A stretch of DNA of 63,692 bases, counting the filler, from Octopus bimaculoides (Eukaryota): NCBI RefSeq assembly GCF_001194135.2. It is 5 parts of 4 records of this genome, joined end to end, with 100 filler letters (N's around TTAATTAATTAA, not from the genome) between each part and the next. Parts side by side here need not be neighbours in the genome. Positions count along the whole stretch, not along the records: positions 1 to 15,849 come from NC_068984.1; positions 15,950 to 31,292 come from NC_068981.1; 3 more parts are not named here. One strand, given 5' to 3'. The notes under the pieces are model-generated. The model was not told the origin of the DNA. It saw only the letters and a program-made list of their open reading frames with translations, and did not search any database. The position numbers were made by a program, and so were the translations under genes. Positions 13,291 through 23,752 of the stretch are shown here, piece after piece (positions within the stretch are counted from its first letter, which is position 1; every line of letters begins with the position of its first letter).

Positions 13291-13792
13291 CCCTCCCCCA
13301 TTATTTTCTATTTTTTATTTTATTTTGAAGATTAAAATCTATTTTATGGTTTATTGGTGTTTATATTTTATATATATAAGGATTTACTTTTCGTATATTG
13401 TCCAATGAAACGTTTCAGACCGCTGAGTCTGATTTGAGTAGAATTTGTTCGCTATTTCTAGTAGATCGAGTGACCGGACAAAAGTTCCTGCATATCAATT
13501 GTCGTTGCTGTTGTTGTTAGTACCAAGACAGCGATGATACGAGCACACTTATTTTTTTCATTCAGTTCTTTGATGGAGATAAAATAGACCCACGGTTCTA
13601 TCAACGTGCCAAAAGTTCAGTTGCTGTGGGCAAAAGAGACCGATAGAATAAGTACTAGGCTTACAAAGAATAAGTCCTGGGGGTCTATTTGCTCGACTAA
13701 AGGCGGTCCTCCAGCATGGCCGCAGTAAAATGAATGAAACAAGTGAAAGAGTAACGTTTCGGATCCTCGCCCTTCGGCTTAGTGACAGTGAG

Positions 13793-13830
<38 letters not shown>

Positions 13831-14882
13831 AAGACAGAGAGAAAGAGAGAGAGAGTGAGAGAGTGAAGTATTGTTGCTTTTTGTTGTAGGCAAAGACCAG
13901 CTTTATTAAACATTCTCTCGGATTTGTTAATTATTTCTCAATGAATGAAGTCGCAACTAAATAAAGAAAACCTTTATGAAGACAAATCCATTACATTCAG
14001 AACATTTTACGATGGCATAGCTTTTATAACAGTTATTTGTTGCTGTTGTTGAGCCCCAGATTAACTCTGATCCACCTGACTTACAATCAAAGACGAGACT
14101 GCATTAATCAGAGACAGGACTCCGTTATTCTGACACAGCGTTTTCCCACGCGTTTATCCCGACATTATGTAATGTGTCGCGATATTGCTTGAAGTTAGAA
14201 TACTTTTATCGCTGGATTTTCATGTCTGTAGATTAAATCTAAACATTGATTGCTTATTTTGACTACTGCGCACGTGACTCCGAATACATTCCATTTCAAC
14301 AGTTATACGGTGTTTAATTTCAACAAAAAGAAACAAAACAAAAAAAACAAACAAGCAAAAAAAGACCCCCAAAACCGATTTACTGTTTAATCAAGTTAAA
14401 CAAACTCGATTAGTTAGTTGGATAGATATTGAACCAATTGAGTCATAATAAAGAAGCGGAATTGATCCAGTGTGTGTGTGTTATTATTATTGGCGTATTG
14501 ACCCTCCCAAGATGCAACAAAATATTTGTACAATATCTCGTTTTTAGTGAAACAAAAATGAGTCATCGTATTTAAGAAGTTGCATAGGACCGATGGAATA
14601 TCTTTTTTAAAAACGGTAGGGTTTAATTTGAGGAACATTTGGCTGATATTTCTAGCAGATCGAGCGACTACGTTAAACATGTTTGTCTTTCACTGTGCAA
14701 TCTGTACCTATGTTTCTGCAGGTTCTAGTGGTGACCACGGCAGAGATTCCCTTCCTTTAATTATGTTCACTCCCACCATTAATCTCCGCTATGCCGCCCA
14801 GTCCTTCCTTCTAAGAACATCACCCCTCACACACACACACACGACGGCCCTCTTTCAGTTTCGGCCTACCAAAACCAATTAC

Positions 14883-15201
14883 GTGGAGGCGCAATGGCCC
14901 AGTAGTTAGGGCAGCGGACTCGCGGTCGGAGGATCGCGGTTTCGATTTCCAGACTGGGTGTTGTGTGTGTTTATTGAGCGAAAACACCTAAAAGCTCCAC
15001 GAGGCTCCGGCAGGGGAGTGGGTGGCGATCACTGTTGTACTCTTTCGCCCCAACTTTCTCTCAGTCTTTCTTCCTGTTTCTTGAGTAACGCTGCGATGGA
15101 CTGGCGCCCCGTCCAGCTGGGGGGAACACACATGCCATAGAAACCGGGAAACCGGTCCCATGAGCCTGGCTAGGCTTTAAAAGGGCGAAAATGAAATGAG
15201 A
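14883..15201 (+). mobile_element. Intact tRNA-derived SINE (family C) with 12-bp TSD, nested in a family-B SINE
   Basis: AAAACCAATTAC at 14871-14882 and 15202-15213; head GGAGGCGCAATGGCCCAGTAGTTAGGGC, GGTTTCGATTTCC; AAATG-type tail. Confidence 0.85.
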
Positions 15202-15375
15202 AAAACCAATTACATGCCTTTGGTTGGCTTGAAGCTATAATATTATAGAAGGTACTTCGCAGTGGGGTTGAACCTGGAACGGTGTGGTTGGGAAAGGAAG
15301 CTTCTTATCCCGCAAGTTGCCTTCCATTAAGACGGAAACCATAAATTAACACACACGCATGCTTTGTCGTTACAG

Positions 15376-15565
15376 GAAACCTCAGTCCCTACCTCACTTC
15401 CTATCTAAAATATCGGACACAAGACAAAAGTATCCGCAATGTGGACAGTATATGGATCTATGCCCTGACTGTTGTGGGTCAGGGTTGCGGTATGTTGAAT
15501 GGAGGATTCCTTGAGAGGAAGTTAGGGCCCCGGGTGGCCACTTTGATTGGAGGATGGATAATGAG
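15376..15565 (+). CDS. Coding exon 2 of the same MFS transporter (downstream exons not in this segment)
   Basis: Acceptor TTTGTCGTTACAG|, donor AG|GTGAGT; joins exon 1 in frame to give GNLSPYLTSYLKYRTQDKSIRNVDSIWIYALTVVGQGCGMLNGGFLERKLGPRVATLIGGWIMS, with the MFS motif-A-like GGFLERKLGPR between TM2 and TM3. Confidence 0.88.
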
Positions 15566-15624
15566 GTGAGTAAATCACTTTTTTTATTGCATTTCGTTAT
15601 AGATTCCTAACAGGATTCCATCAA

Positions 15625-15628
15625 CTTT

Positions 15629-15681
<53 letters not shown>

Positions 15682-15849
15682 CTGTCTGTCTGTCTGTCTG
15701 TCTGTCCATCCATCCATCCGTCCGTTCGTCCATCCATCCCTCCGTCCGTCCGTCCATCCATCCATCCCTCCGTCCGTCCGTCCATCCATCCATCCATCCA
15801 ACCATCCATCCATCCATCCATCAGTCTATGTATTTATCTATCTATACAT
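15625..15849. repeat. Compound microsatellite (CT)n-(CTGT)n-(CCAT/CCGT)n-(CTAT)n
   Basis: Directly visible. Confidence 0.95.
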
Positions 15850-15949
15850 NNNNNNNNNNNNNNNNNNNNNNNNNNNNNNNNNNNNNNNNNNNNTTAATTA
15901 ATTAANNNNNNNNNNNNNNNNNNNNNNNNNNNNNNNNNNNNNNNNNNNN
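15850..15949. other. Artificial scaffold-joining spacer (44 N + TTAATTAATTAA + 44 N)
   Basis: Exactly 100 bp; TTAATTAATTAA at 15894-15905 gives stops in all six frames; identical layout four times in the window. Confidence 0.95.
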
Positions 15950-16142
15950 GGTGACACGTAAAAGCACCCACTACACTCTCTGAGTGGTTGGCGTTAGGAA
16001 GGGCATCCAGCTGTAGAAACTCTGCCAAATCAGACTGGAGCCTGGTGTTGCCATCCGGTTTCACCAGTCCTCAGTCAAATCGTCCAACCCATGCTAGCAT
16101 GGAAAGCGGACGTTAAACGATGATGATGATGATGATGATGAT
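15950..16142 (+). mobile_element. RTE-type 3' UTR with (GAT)n tail
   Basis: GAGTGGTTGGCGTTAGGAAGGGCATCCAGC...CCAACCCATGCTAGCATGGAA..(GAT)n; homologous to 17700-17865 and 26670-26825. Confidence 0.8.
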
Positions 16143-16296
16143 CTGGGTACATGACGTTGCAAAAAACCATGGACAAAATGATAAACAGTGTACAGAAAAC
16201 ACACAGGCCACATAGAGAACATTTCTTTCATCAGCTGCTACCATTATAACACTGGCGTTTCGAAGAGTTAGGGCAGGACATATATATACATACACA

Positions 16297-17865
16297 AAAA
16301 CCAAAGTCATACTAAGTAGGAAGGCAGACAAATCACAAATCCCTTCAGGTAGATGGCCCTGCTCAATCTGTAGAAAAGATATAGGTTGAAATTCCATAAG
16401 ATGCACCCTGTGTAAGCTTTGGACACAAGAGGTGCAGCAACATCAGAGGAAGGTTAACAGGGAAACTAACTTTTGTATGTGAAAGGTGCACAGGTACAAT
16501 AAACACTGAAAATGTACAGAAAATAAATTCCATCAACTACCAGTGGGGCAAGCTTAGAAGTAGTAGATAGCTTCCATTATCTAGGTGACCAAGTTAGTAG
16601 TGGAGATGGATGCTCCAAGAGCATAGCTGTGAGAATAAGATTAGGCCAGGCAAAGTTCAGAGAGCTCCTACTCCTGCTGATAACAAAGGGCCTCTCACTC
16701 TCAGAGTGAAAGGCAGATTGTTTGATGCCTGAGTGCGAACAGCTATGCTGCATGGCAGTGAAACATGGGCTTTGACAGTGGAGAACACACATAGGCTTGA
16801 AAGAAATGAAGACAGTATGCTTCACTGGATGTGCAATGTCATTGTGCATGTTCAACAGAGTGTAAGCATCTTGAGAGAAAAGTTAGGTATAAGAGACATC
16901 AGATGTGGTGTGCAAGAGTGATGATTGCTGGTATGGTCATGTGATGTGTATGGACGAGGAAAGCTGTGTAAAGAAGTGCCGATTTCTAACTGTGGAGGGA
17001 ACCTGTGGTTGAGTTAGACCCAGGACGACCTGGGACAAGGTGGTGAAGAATGATCTTCAAACTTTGAGCCTCACAGAAGCAATAACTGGTGACCAAAACC
17101 TTTGGCGATATGCTGTACTTGAAAGGACCTATCAAGCCAAGTGCACCTGTGCTGGTGGCATGTAAAGAACATCCTTTGAATGTTGGGCCTCATGGAGGCA
17201 AAGTGGCTGCGTTCCTCTCGAGCAATGGGCCTGATGGAGGTAAAGTGACTGAGTTCCTTCTGAGTGTTGAGCCTCACAGAGGCAAAGTGGTTGAGTTCCT
17301 TTCAAGTGTTGGGCCTCATGGAGGCAAAGTGGCTGAGTTCCTTCTGAGTGTTGAGCCTCACAGAGGCAAAGTGGTTGAGTTCCTCTCAAGTGTTGGGCCT
17401 CATGGAGGCAAAGTGGCTGAGTTCTTCTTGAGCGTTAGGTCTGATGGCAGCAAAGTGACTATGCTCCTTTCAAGTGTTGAGCCTCACGGATTCAAGGTGG
17501 CTGAGTTCCTTTTGAGCATTGGGCCTGACAGAGGTAAAGTGGCTGGGTACTGTTCGAGTGTTGGGCCTCATGGAGGGAATGATCAAAACCTTTGGCATTA
17601 TGTCATGTTTGAGAAGAAGACTCATCAGGCCAAGCAAAATCACAGTTGTGGCAGATACCAGTGTCATGCAAATTGGCATCCGTGCTGGTAGCACAGAAAT
17701 GCACTCATTACGCCCTCAGAGTGGTTGACTTTAGGAAGGGCATCCAGCCATAGAAAACCATGCCAAATTAGACTGGAGTCAGGTGCAGCCTTCCAGCGGG
17801 CCAGCCCAGTCAAACCATCCAACTCATGCTAGCATGGACAACGGAAGTTAAATGATGATGATGAT
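16297..17865 (+). mobile_element. Degenerate 5'-truncated RTE LINE with Cys-rich finger, RT C-terminus, internal 42-bp VNTR and (GAT)n tail
   Basis: WPCSICRK...RCTLCKLW...KRC...FVCERC, then DSFHYLGD, RTAMLHGSETW, WYGHVM, RPRTTW motifs interrupted by stops and frameshifts. Confidence 0.85.
17181..17576 (+). repeat. 42-bp VNTR, 9 full units plus a partial unit, no indels
   Basis: Unit TGTTGGGCCTCATGGAGGCAAAGTGGCTGAGTTCCTTCTGAG at 17181+42n; reads VGPHGGKVAEFLLS, with an alternating two-unit pattern in the middle. Confidence 0.9.
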
Positions 17866-18072
17866 ACATGCATACACACACATACTTAGGTATGTATGTG
17901 TATATTATATGTGTGTTCAGAGTGGGGTGATGTTTGTGTCATTTTCATACAAGTGGTATCATTTGTTGCCAATATTCCATGAAAACATGTCCGGTCAAGG
18001 AGAAATATTATCTCCCTTGAAAATAGATGACAGCTGCCTACATATGTGTGTGTACAAATGTATATATGTATG

Positions 18073-18445
18073 TGGAGGTGCAATGGCCCAGTGGTTGGGG
18101 CAGCAGACTCGCGGTCATAGGATCGCGGTTTCGATTCCCAGTCCGGGTGTTGTGAGTGTTTATTGAGCGAAAACACCTAAAGCTCCACAAGGCTCTGGCA
18201 GAGGATGGTGGCGAATCCTGCTGTACTCTTTCACCACAACTTTCTCTCACTCTTACTTCCTGTTTCTGTTGTGCCTGTAATTCAAAGGGTCAGCCTTGTC
18301 ACACTGTGTCATGCTGAATATCCCCGAGAACTACGTTAAGGGTACACGTGTCTGTGGAGTGCTCAGCCACTTGTACGTTAATTTCACGAGTAGGCTGTTC
18401 TGTTGATCGAATCAACTGGAACCCTCGACATTGTAAGCGACAGAG
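18073..18445 (+). mobile_element. SINE family C with an alternative 3' tail
   Basis: Same head as 14883; tail TATCCCCGAGAACTACGTTAAGGGTACACGTG...CAACTGGAACCCTCGAC also seen reversed at 5031-5187. Confidence 0.8.
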
Positions 18446-18502
18446 NNNNNNNNNNNNNNNNNNNNNNNNNNNNNNNNNNNNNNNNNNNNNNNNNNNNNNN
18501 NN

Positions 18503-18543
<41 letters not shown>

Positions 18544-19164
18544 CAGGGTGTTCAAAAAGTCTTTCCGCAGTGAATATTTTTGATCCTGCGTATGTGCAAC
18601 TTGACTATCATTGCGTGGGCAGCTGGGTGTCAGCCATTGTCCCTCAGTCATTGTGTACCCTTCAGTGTGTTGACTTCCTAACCATTGAAGAACATACGTT
18701 TTTAGTTGAATGGGTGTTTCAAGCTGGAAACAAATACACAGATACTGTGAAACAGAGATTCAGTGAAACTTTTCCAAATACTGTTGTTCCATATCATGAA
18801 TGCGGGATTTGATAAGAAAATTTCGAAACACAGGGTCAGTGGTAAACACAGCAAAAGCAGTAGGCCTACTGTTCTCTCAGATGAAACACACTCCAATACT
18901 TCTGATAAACTGTTGGCAAGTCCGTCAAAGTCCTTACACAAATTGTCACAGGAAATAGAAATTAGTCCAGGAAGTGCTCACACGGCAGTAAAAAAGAAAT
19001 TAAATTTTATATATTGAAAATGAAGGATGACACTTTCAACACCTCTTATAAAGTTTTTTAAAGTCTTGTAAAGTCTAATATATTCTTTTGTAGTCTTATA
19101 CCATCTTATAAATATTTATTTTGCAATATAATACTTACTGTGGAGAGACTTTTTGAACACCCTG
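18544..19164 (+). mobile_element. Internally deleted mariner-like DNA transposon
   Basis: TA|CAGGGTGTTCAAAAAGTCT ... AGACTTTTTGAACACCCTG|TA (19-bp perfect, about 28-bp imperfect TIR); internal LTIEEHTFLVEWVFQ...KQRFSETFPNT...KFRNTGSV...SRPTVLS...SPSKSLHKLSQE is a transposase N-terminal HTH region. Confidence 0.88.
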
Positions 19165-19760
19165 TAGACTACATATACATGAGTGTACACACACACACAC
19201 ACACCTTACCAAAGAAATTCAGCTGATAACCAAAAGCAGCTGAAATTACACCATGACTTGTGGAAGAGCTCTTTCTCTAAAGTAACTCTTTTTTTTCTTA
19301 CTTTTGCCCACCCCCATTAAATAACTCCAACCAACTCCTAAAAGCAACTCAATGTTAACTGAAGTTTTTCTCTTACCAAAAAAGACAGTGATATTTCATG
19401 TTCAGCTAACAACATTGTTAACCAACACTGTCTTTTTTTTTTTTTTTTTTACCTTGATAGGAGAAATAGCTTGCAAATTTTGTTAACTATTTATTTACCA
19501 CTGGAGAATGTAAAAATAATGTTTAGTGTCATAATTTCTCTTCCTTTTTGTTCAGTGATTTGCATTATTTACCAACAGAGTTATTTTGTTCTATTTCTAG
19601 CGGTGTGTCAGTGTGTAGTGTATGCATGTGTATGCACCCATAATTGCACATGTATATCTATATAAAATGTGTTTGAATGCATGTATATATAACCATCTAC
19701 TTGTTTTAGTTCTTGAGCCACCTTGAGTTGCATGTATCCGCTCCCATTACTCAGTTTTAA

Positions 19761-19982
19761 CCTTTTAACATTCAGATTATTCTGTCAAATGTAATGCAAA
19801 TTCATTCACTTTGTTTTGAATTAATCATTTTATTATCTTGTGGCTTTGAAATTTTGATGATGTCATTGCTTATTTTTTACAATGGCATTATAGGGTAGAT
19901 GGCAGAGGTCAGATCTGGCCAGTTTGAACATAGAATGGGTAGAATATTTTGGCCATATATGGCTGGTTTGAATGCCAAAGTG
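19761..19982 (-). mobile_element. piggyBac-like MITE (decayed)
   Basis: TTAA|CCTTTTAACATTCAGA ... AATGCCAAAGTG; reverse-complement homolog of 60925-61089. Confidence 0.6.
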
Positions 19983-20574
19983 TTTCATCTAGTGCTTATT
20001 TTAGCTCTGTTTGTCACACTGCTCAGTTATAGTGTAATGTGTGTGAATATGTAATATTCATATATGCATATACACATATATGTGTCTGGTGTGTGTGTGT
20101 GTGAGGAAAAGAAGAGTGAGTGATAATGCGAAAATAAATCTTTCACTAGTCTAATACCTCAAATCAAAAATCTAACTTCCCTGAATGCTGCAATCACTTA
20201 CATAGTTGCAGGCATGGCTGTGTGGTAAGAAGCTTGCTTCCCATCTACAAAGTTCCAGGTTCAGTCACACTGCATGGCACCTTGGGCAAGTGTCTTCTAC
20301 TATAGCTTTGTGAGTGGATTTGATAGATGGAAACCGAAAGCTCGTCATATATATACAAGAGTAAGCACATAAATGCAAAACAAGGTGGGAAAATAGTACT
20401 CAAATACTGGAGGTAGAGTAATATGCTTTATTAATAAAGGTGCAAAGATATCACAAAAACTGTTAGTCAGAGTTTCACCTTCTCATTCGTTGAACCTTTC
20501 AAGGTGGTGCCTCAACATGGCCAGAATCAAAGGCAAATGACTGAAACAAGATAAAAGAGATATCCATATATCAT

Positions 20575-20780
20575 GCCAGTGACATGTTAAAGGCACCTGC
20601 GCCAGTAACATGTTAAAGGCACCTGCACCAGTAACATGTTAAAGGCACCTGTGCTGGTGGCACATTAAAGGCACCCATGTTGGTGACAGCAGTTACTCTG
20701 AACAAGAACTGATTTAGACTGTGATGACTCTTCCAATGCATGCTAGCTTGAAAAGTGGATATTAGATGATGATAATCACT
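20575..20780 (+). repeat. 26-bp tandem array (4 full units plus a partial) with a decayed RTE 3' tail
   Basis: GCCAGTGACATGTTAAAGGCACCTGC-type units; followed by GCATGCTAGC...GATGATGAT. Confidence 0.8.
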
Positions 20781-20834
20781 TATGAATTACCCAGGGCTAT
20801 GATATTTTTTATCTTTTCTTTTATCTCTTACTTG

Positions 20835-21420
20835 TTTCAGTCATTAGATTGAGGTCATGCTGGGGCACTATCTTGAAAAATTTTAGTTGAATGAACTGAC
20901 CTCAGGGTCTTTGTTTCTTTAAGCATAGTACTTACTCTATTAGTTCCTTTTGCTGTACCGCTAAGTTACAGGGATATAAAGCACACCAACACTGGTTGTC
21001 AAGCAATGGTGGGGAACAAAGACAACAACAAACACACACACACACACACACACATACACACACACACACACACATACACACACACACATACATACAATGG
21101 GAATCTGTCAGTTTCCATCTACCAAACAAATCCATTTACATGGCTTTGGTCAGCCCAGGGCTTGGGACCAAATAGTTGCGAAGCCAACTTCTTACCACAC
21201 AGCCATGCCTATGTCTATATACTTTATCTCTTATCTTTTACTTGTTAGTCATTGGACAGTGGCCATGCTGGAGCACTGCCTTAACTTTTCTTTGAATGAA
21301 TTAACCCCATAACCTACATTGTTTTTGAAAGTCTGGCACTTAATCTATTTTTGAGCAAACTGCTAAGTTACAGCAATGTAAATAAACCAACACTGGTTGT
21401 CAAGCAGTGATGGGGGACAA
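20835..21420 (-). mobile_element. Two tandem SINE family B copies (second partial)
   Basis: Reverse-complement homology to 58515-58817 and to the B tail at 13612-13750. Confidence 0.7.
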
Positions 21421-22215
21421 ACAAAGGCACACACATATGTCTAAATTGGAGAAATAAAATGGAAAGAACAAATCTCTGATGTGACATTAGAAGAAATTAC
21501 ATGTACTGCTATGTATACATCAATGAGTATGAAAGATCCCATTCCAAATTTTGACATACAAGAAATTCAAGCAAGACAAATGACAGTTTTTGAATTTCCG
21601 TCTTCATTTGCACTCTATCACCAGGAATTTTGTGCATAGAAAACAGTATGGTATTTAAAGGGTGATAAATTATGTAACTGTAAAACATACACACACACAC
21701 ACACACACACATACATAATCACACACATAAAAAGTAAAAGAAAAATTTAAGTTTCACTTGAAGCTTTTAAACAATGCCTAGTTGCTCTACTTTTTAGGGT
21801 CCCAGACGAACCATTTGGGAAAGGTTATAAAAAGGGTAGAACAGTCTCAACTAATGCTCTAATCCACCAATTAGCGTGATTAACACAACAAAAGCAATAA
21901 CAAAATTCGGCACATATTTATGACCTCGTTCTGCAACATGCATGGGGGTGACTTTAACTGTTGTCGTTCTTGTTGTTGCTAACTGCTTCCTGTCTTTTGC
22001 CTTTTTTTTGTTTTGTGTTTTGCTAATAGTGATTTTTTTTCTTTCTCTTCTTTCATTTTTCAAATTTTGTTTGCTCCATTTCATTGAATTTTTTTTTTAA
22101 TGGTTTTGTAATTCCCTCATGCATGGGAATACAATTCCCTTTTTCATTGGGACTTTCAGATGATGTAAGCCATATCTTAATTTATGTATACATGTACAAG
22201 TGCATGTGTGAGTTT

Positions 22216-22265
<50 letters not shown>

Positions 22266-22986
22266 NNNNNNNNNNNNNNNNNNNNNNNNNNNNNNNNNNN
22301 NNNNNNNNNNNNNNNNNNNNNNNNNNNNNNNNNNNNNNNNNNNNNNNNNNNNNNNNNNNNNNNNNNNNNNNNNNNNNNNNNNNNNNNNNNNNNNNNNNNN
22401 NNNNNNNNNNNNNNNNNNNNNNNNNNNNNNNNNNNNNNNNNNNNNNNNNNNNNNNNNNNNNNNNNNNNNNNNNNNNNNNNNNNNNNNNNNNNNNNNNNNN
22501 NNNNNNNNNNNNNNNNNNNNNNNNNNNNNNNNNNNNNNNNNNNNNNNNNNNNNNNNNNNNNNNNNNNNNNNNNNNNNNNNNNNNNNNNNNNNNNNNNNNN
22601 NNNNNNNNNNNNNNNNNNNNNNNNNNNNNNNNNNNNNNNNNNNNNNNNNNNNNNNNNNNNNNNNNNNNNNNNNNNNNNNNNNNNNNNNNNNNNNNNNNNN
22701 NNNNNNNNNNNNNNNNNNNNNNNNNNNNNNNNNNNNNNNNNNNNNNNNNNNNNNNNNNNNNNNNNNNNNNNNNNNNNNNNNNNNNNNNNNNNNNNNNNNN
22801 NNNNNNNNNNNNNNNNNNNNNNNNNNNNNNNNNNNNNNNNNNNNNNNNNNNNNNNNNNNNNNNNNNNNNNNNNNNNNNNNNNNNNNNNNNNNNNNNNNNN
22901 NNNNNNNNNNNNNNNNNNNNNNNNNNNNNNNNNNNNNNNNNNNNNNNNNNNNNNNNNNNNNNNNNNNNNNNNNNNNNNNNNNNNNN

Positions 22987-23110
22987 GAACCCAACTACTT
23001 GCAGACGATGTATCCCGTTGAATTCATTAATTTAATTCATAGCAAAAGTGACTGCTATGAATTAAATTAATGAATTCAATGGGATACATCGTCTGCAAGT
23101 AGTTGGGTTC
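22987..23110. repeat. Near-perfect inverted repeat, 58-bp arms, 8-nt loop
   Basis: Arm 22987-23044, loop AAAGTGAC, arm 23053-23110; a single G/T mismatch. Confidence 0.95.
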
Positions 23111-23397
23111 AGCATATTATCCTCCATTTTCTAATTGTTATATATATATATATATATATTTGTATATAGGTTTGGTGATGCAAACAGGAAAATAGAACTC
23201 AAAACATGAGTATATATGTTTTGTATTAATAAGCGGCAGAAGTTACAGATCCAAAGTTTTTATGCCAATGCATAAAATTCTTGGCCCTTGAGACACTCTT
23301 TAACCTCTGCCAGTTACTATCAAAACATGTACACATACATACATACATACATACATACGTACGTACATACATACATATATGTATATATGTACAGGAA

Positions 23398-23752
23398 AAA
23401 GCATGGCTGTGATAAGTTTGCTTCCCAACCACATGGTTCCAGGTTCGGTCCCACTGCACGACACCTTGGGGAAATGTCTTCTACTTAACTCCTGGTCCAA
23501 CTGAAGCCTTCTCAGTGGATTTGTAGATGAAAACTGAAACTGTAAGAAGACTGTTGTATATATGTGTGTGCATGTGTGTCTGTGTTTGTCCCCCATCACT
23601 GCTTGACAACCTGTGTTGGTTTGTTTATGCCCCCATAACCTAGTAGTTCAGCAAAACAATAAGTACTGGGTTCAATTCAATCAACTAGAAATTCTTCAAA
23701 GTGGTGCCCCAGTATGGCCACAGTCTAATGACTAAAACAAGTAAAAGTAAAA
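23398..23752 (+). mobile_element. SINE family B
   Basis: GCATGGCTGTG...CCCAACCACATGGTTCCAGGTTCGGTCCCACTGCACGACACCTTGGGGAAATGTCTTCTACT and B tail. Confidence 0.8.

Noticed and set aside
14883-14960. tRNA genes at SINE heads (also 1168, 18073, 25681)
   Set aside because: A/B-box-like motifs are present, but there is no complete cloverleaf and each continues into a multi-copy SINE body.
17089-17691. 200-aa ORF as a repeat protein gene
   Set aside because: Made of the RTE tail plus a 42-bp VNTR whose length is a multiple of 3; no start context or splice support.
21851-22084. 77-aa minus ORF with hydrophobic C-terminus
   Set aside because: No acceptor or recognised homology; the N-terminal half derives from A-rich low-complexity sequence.
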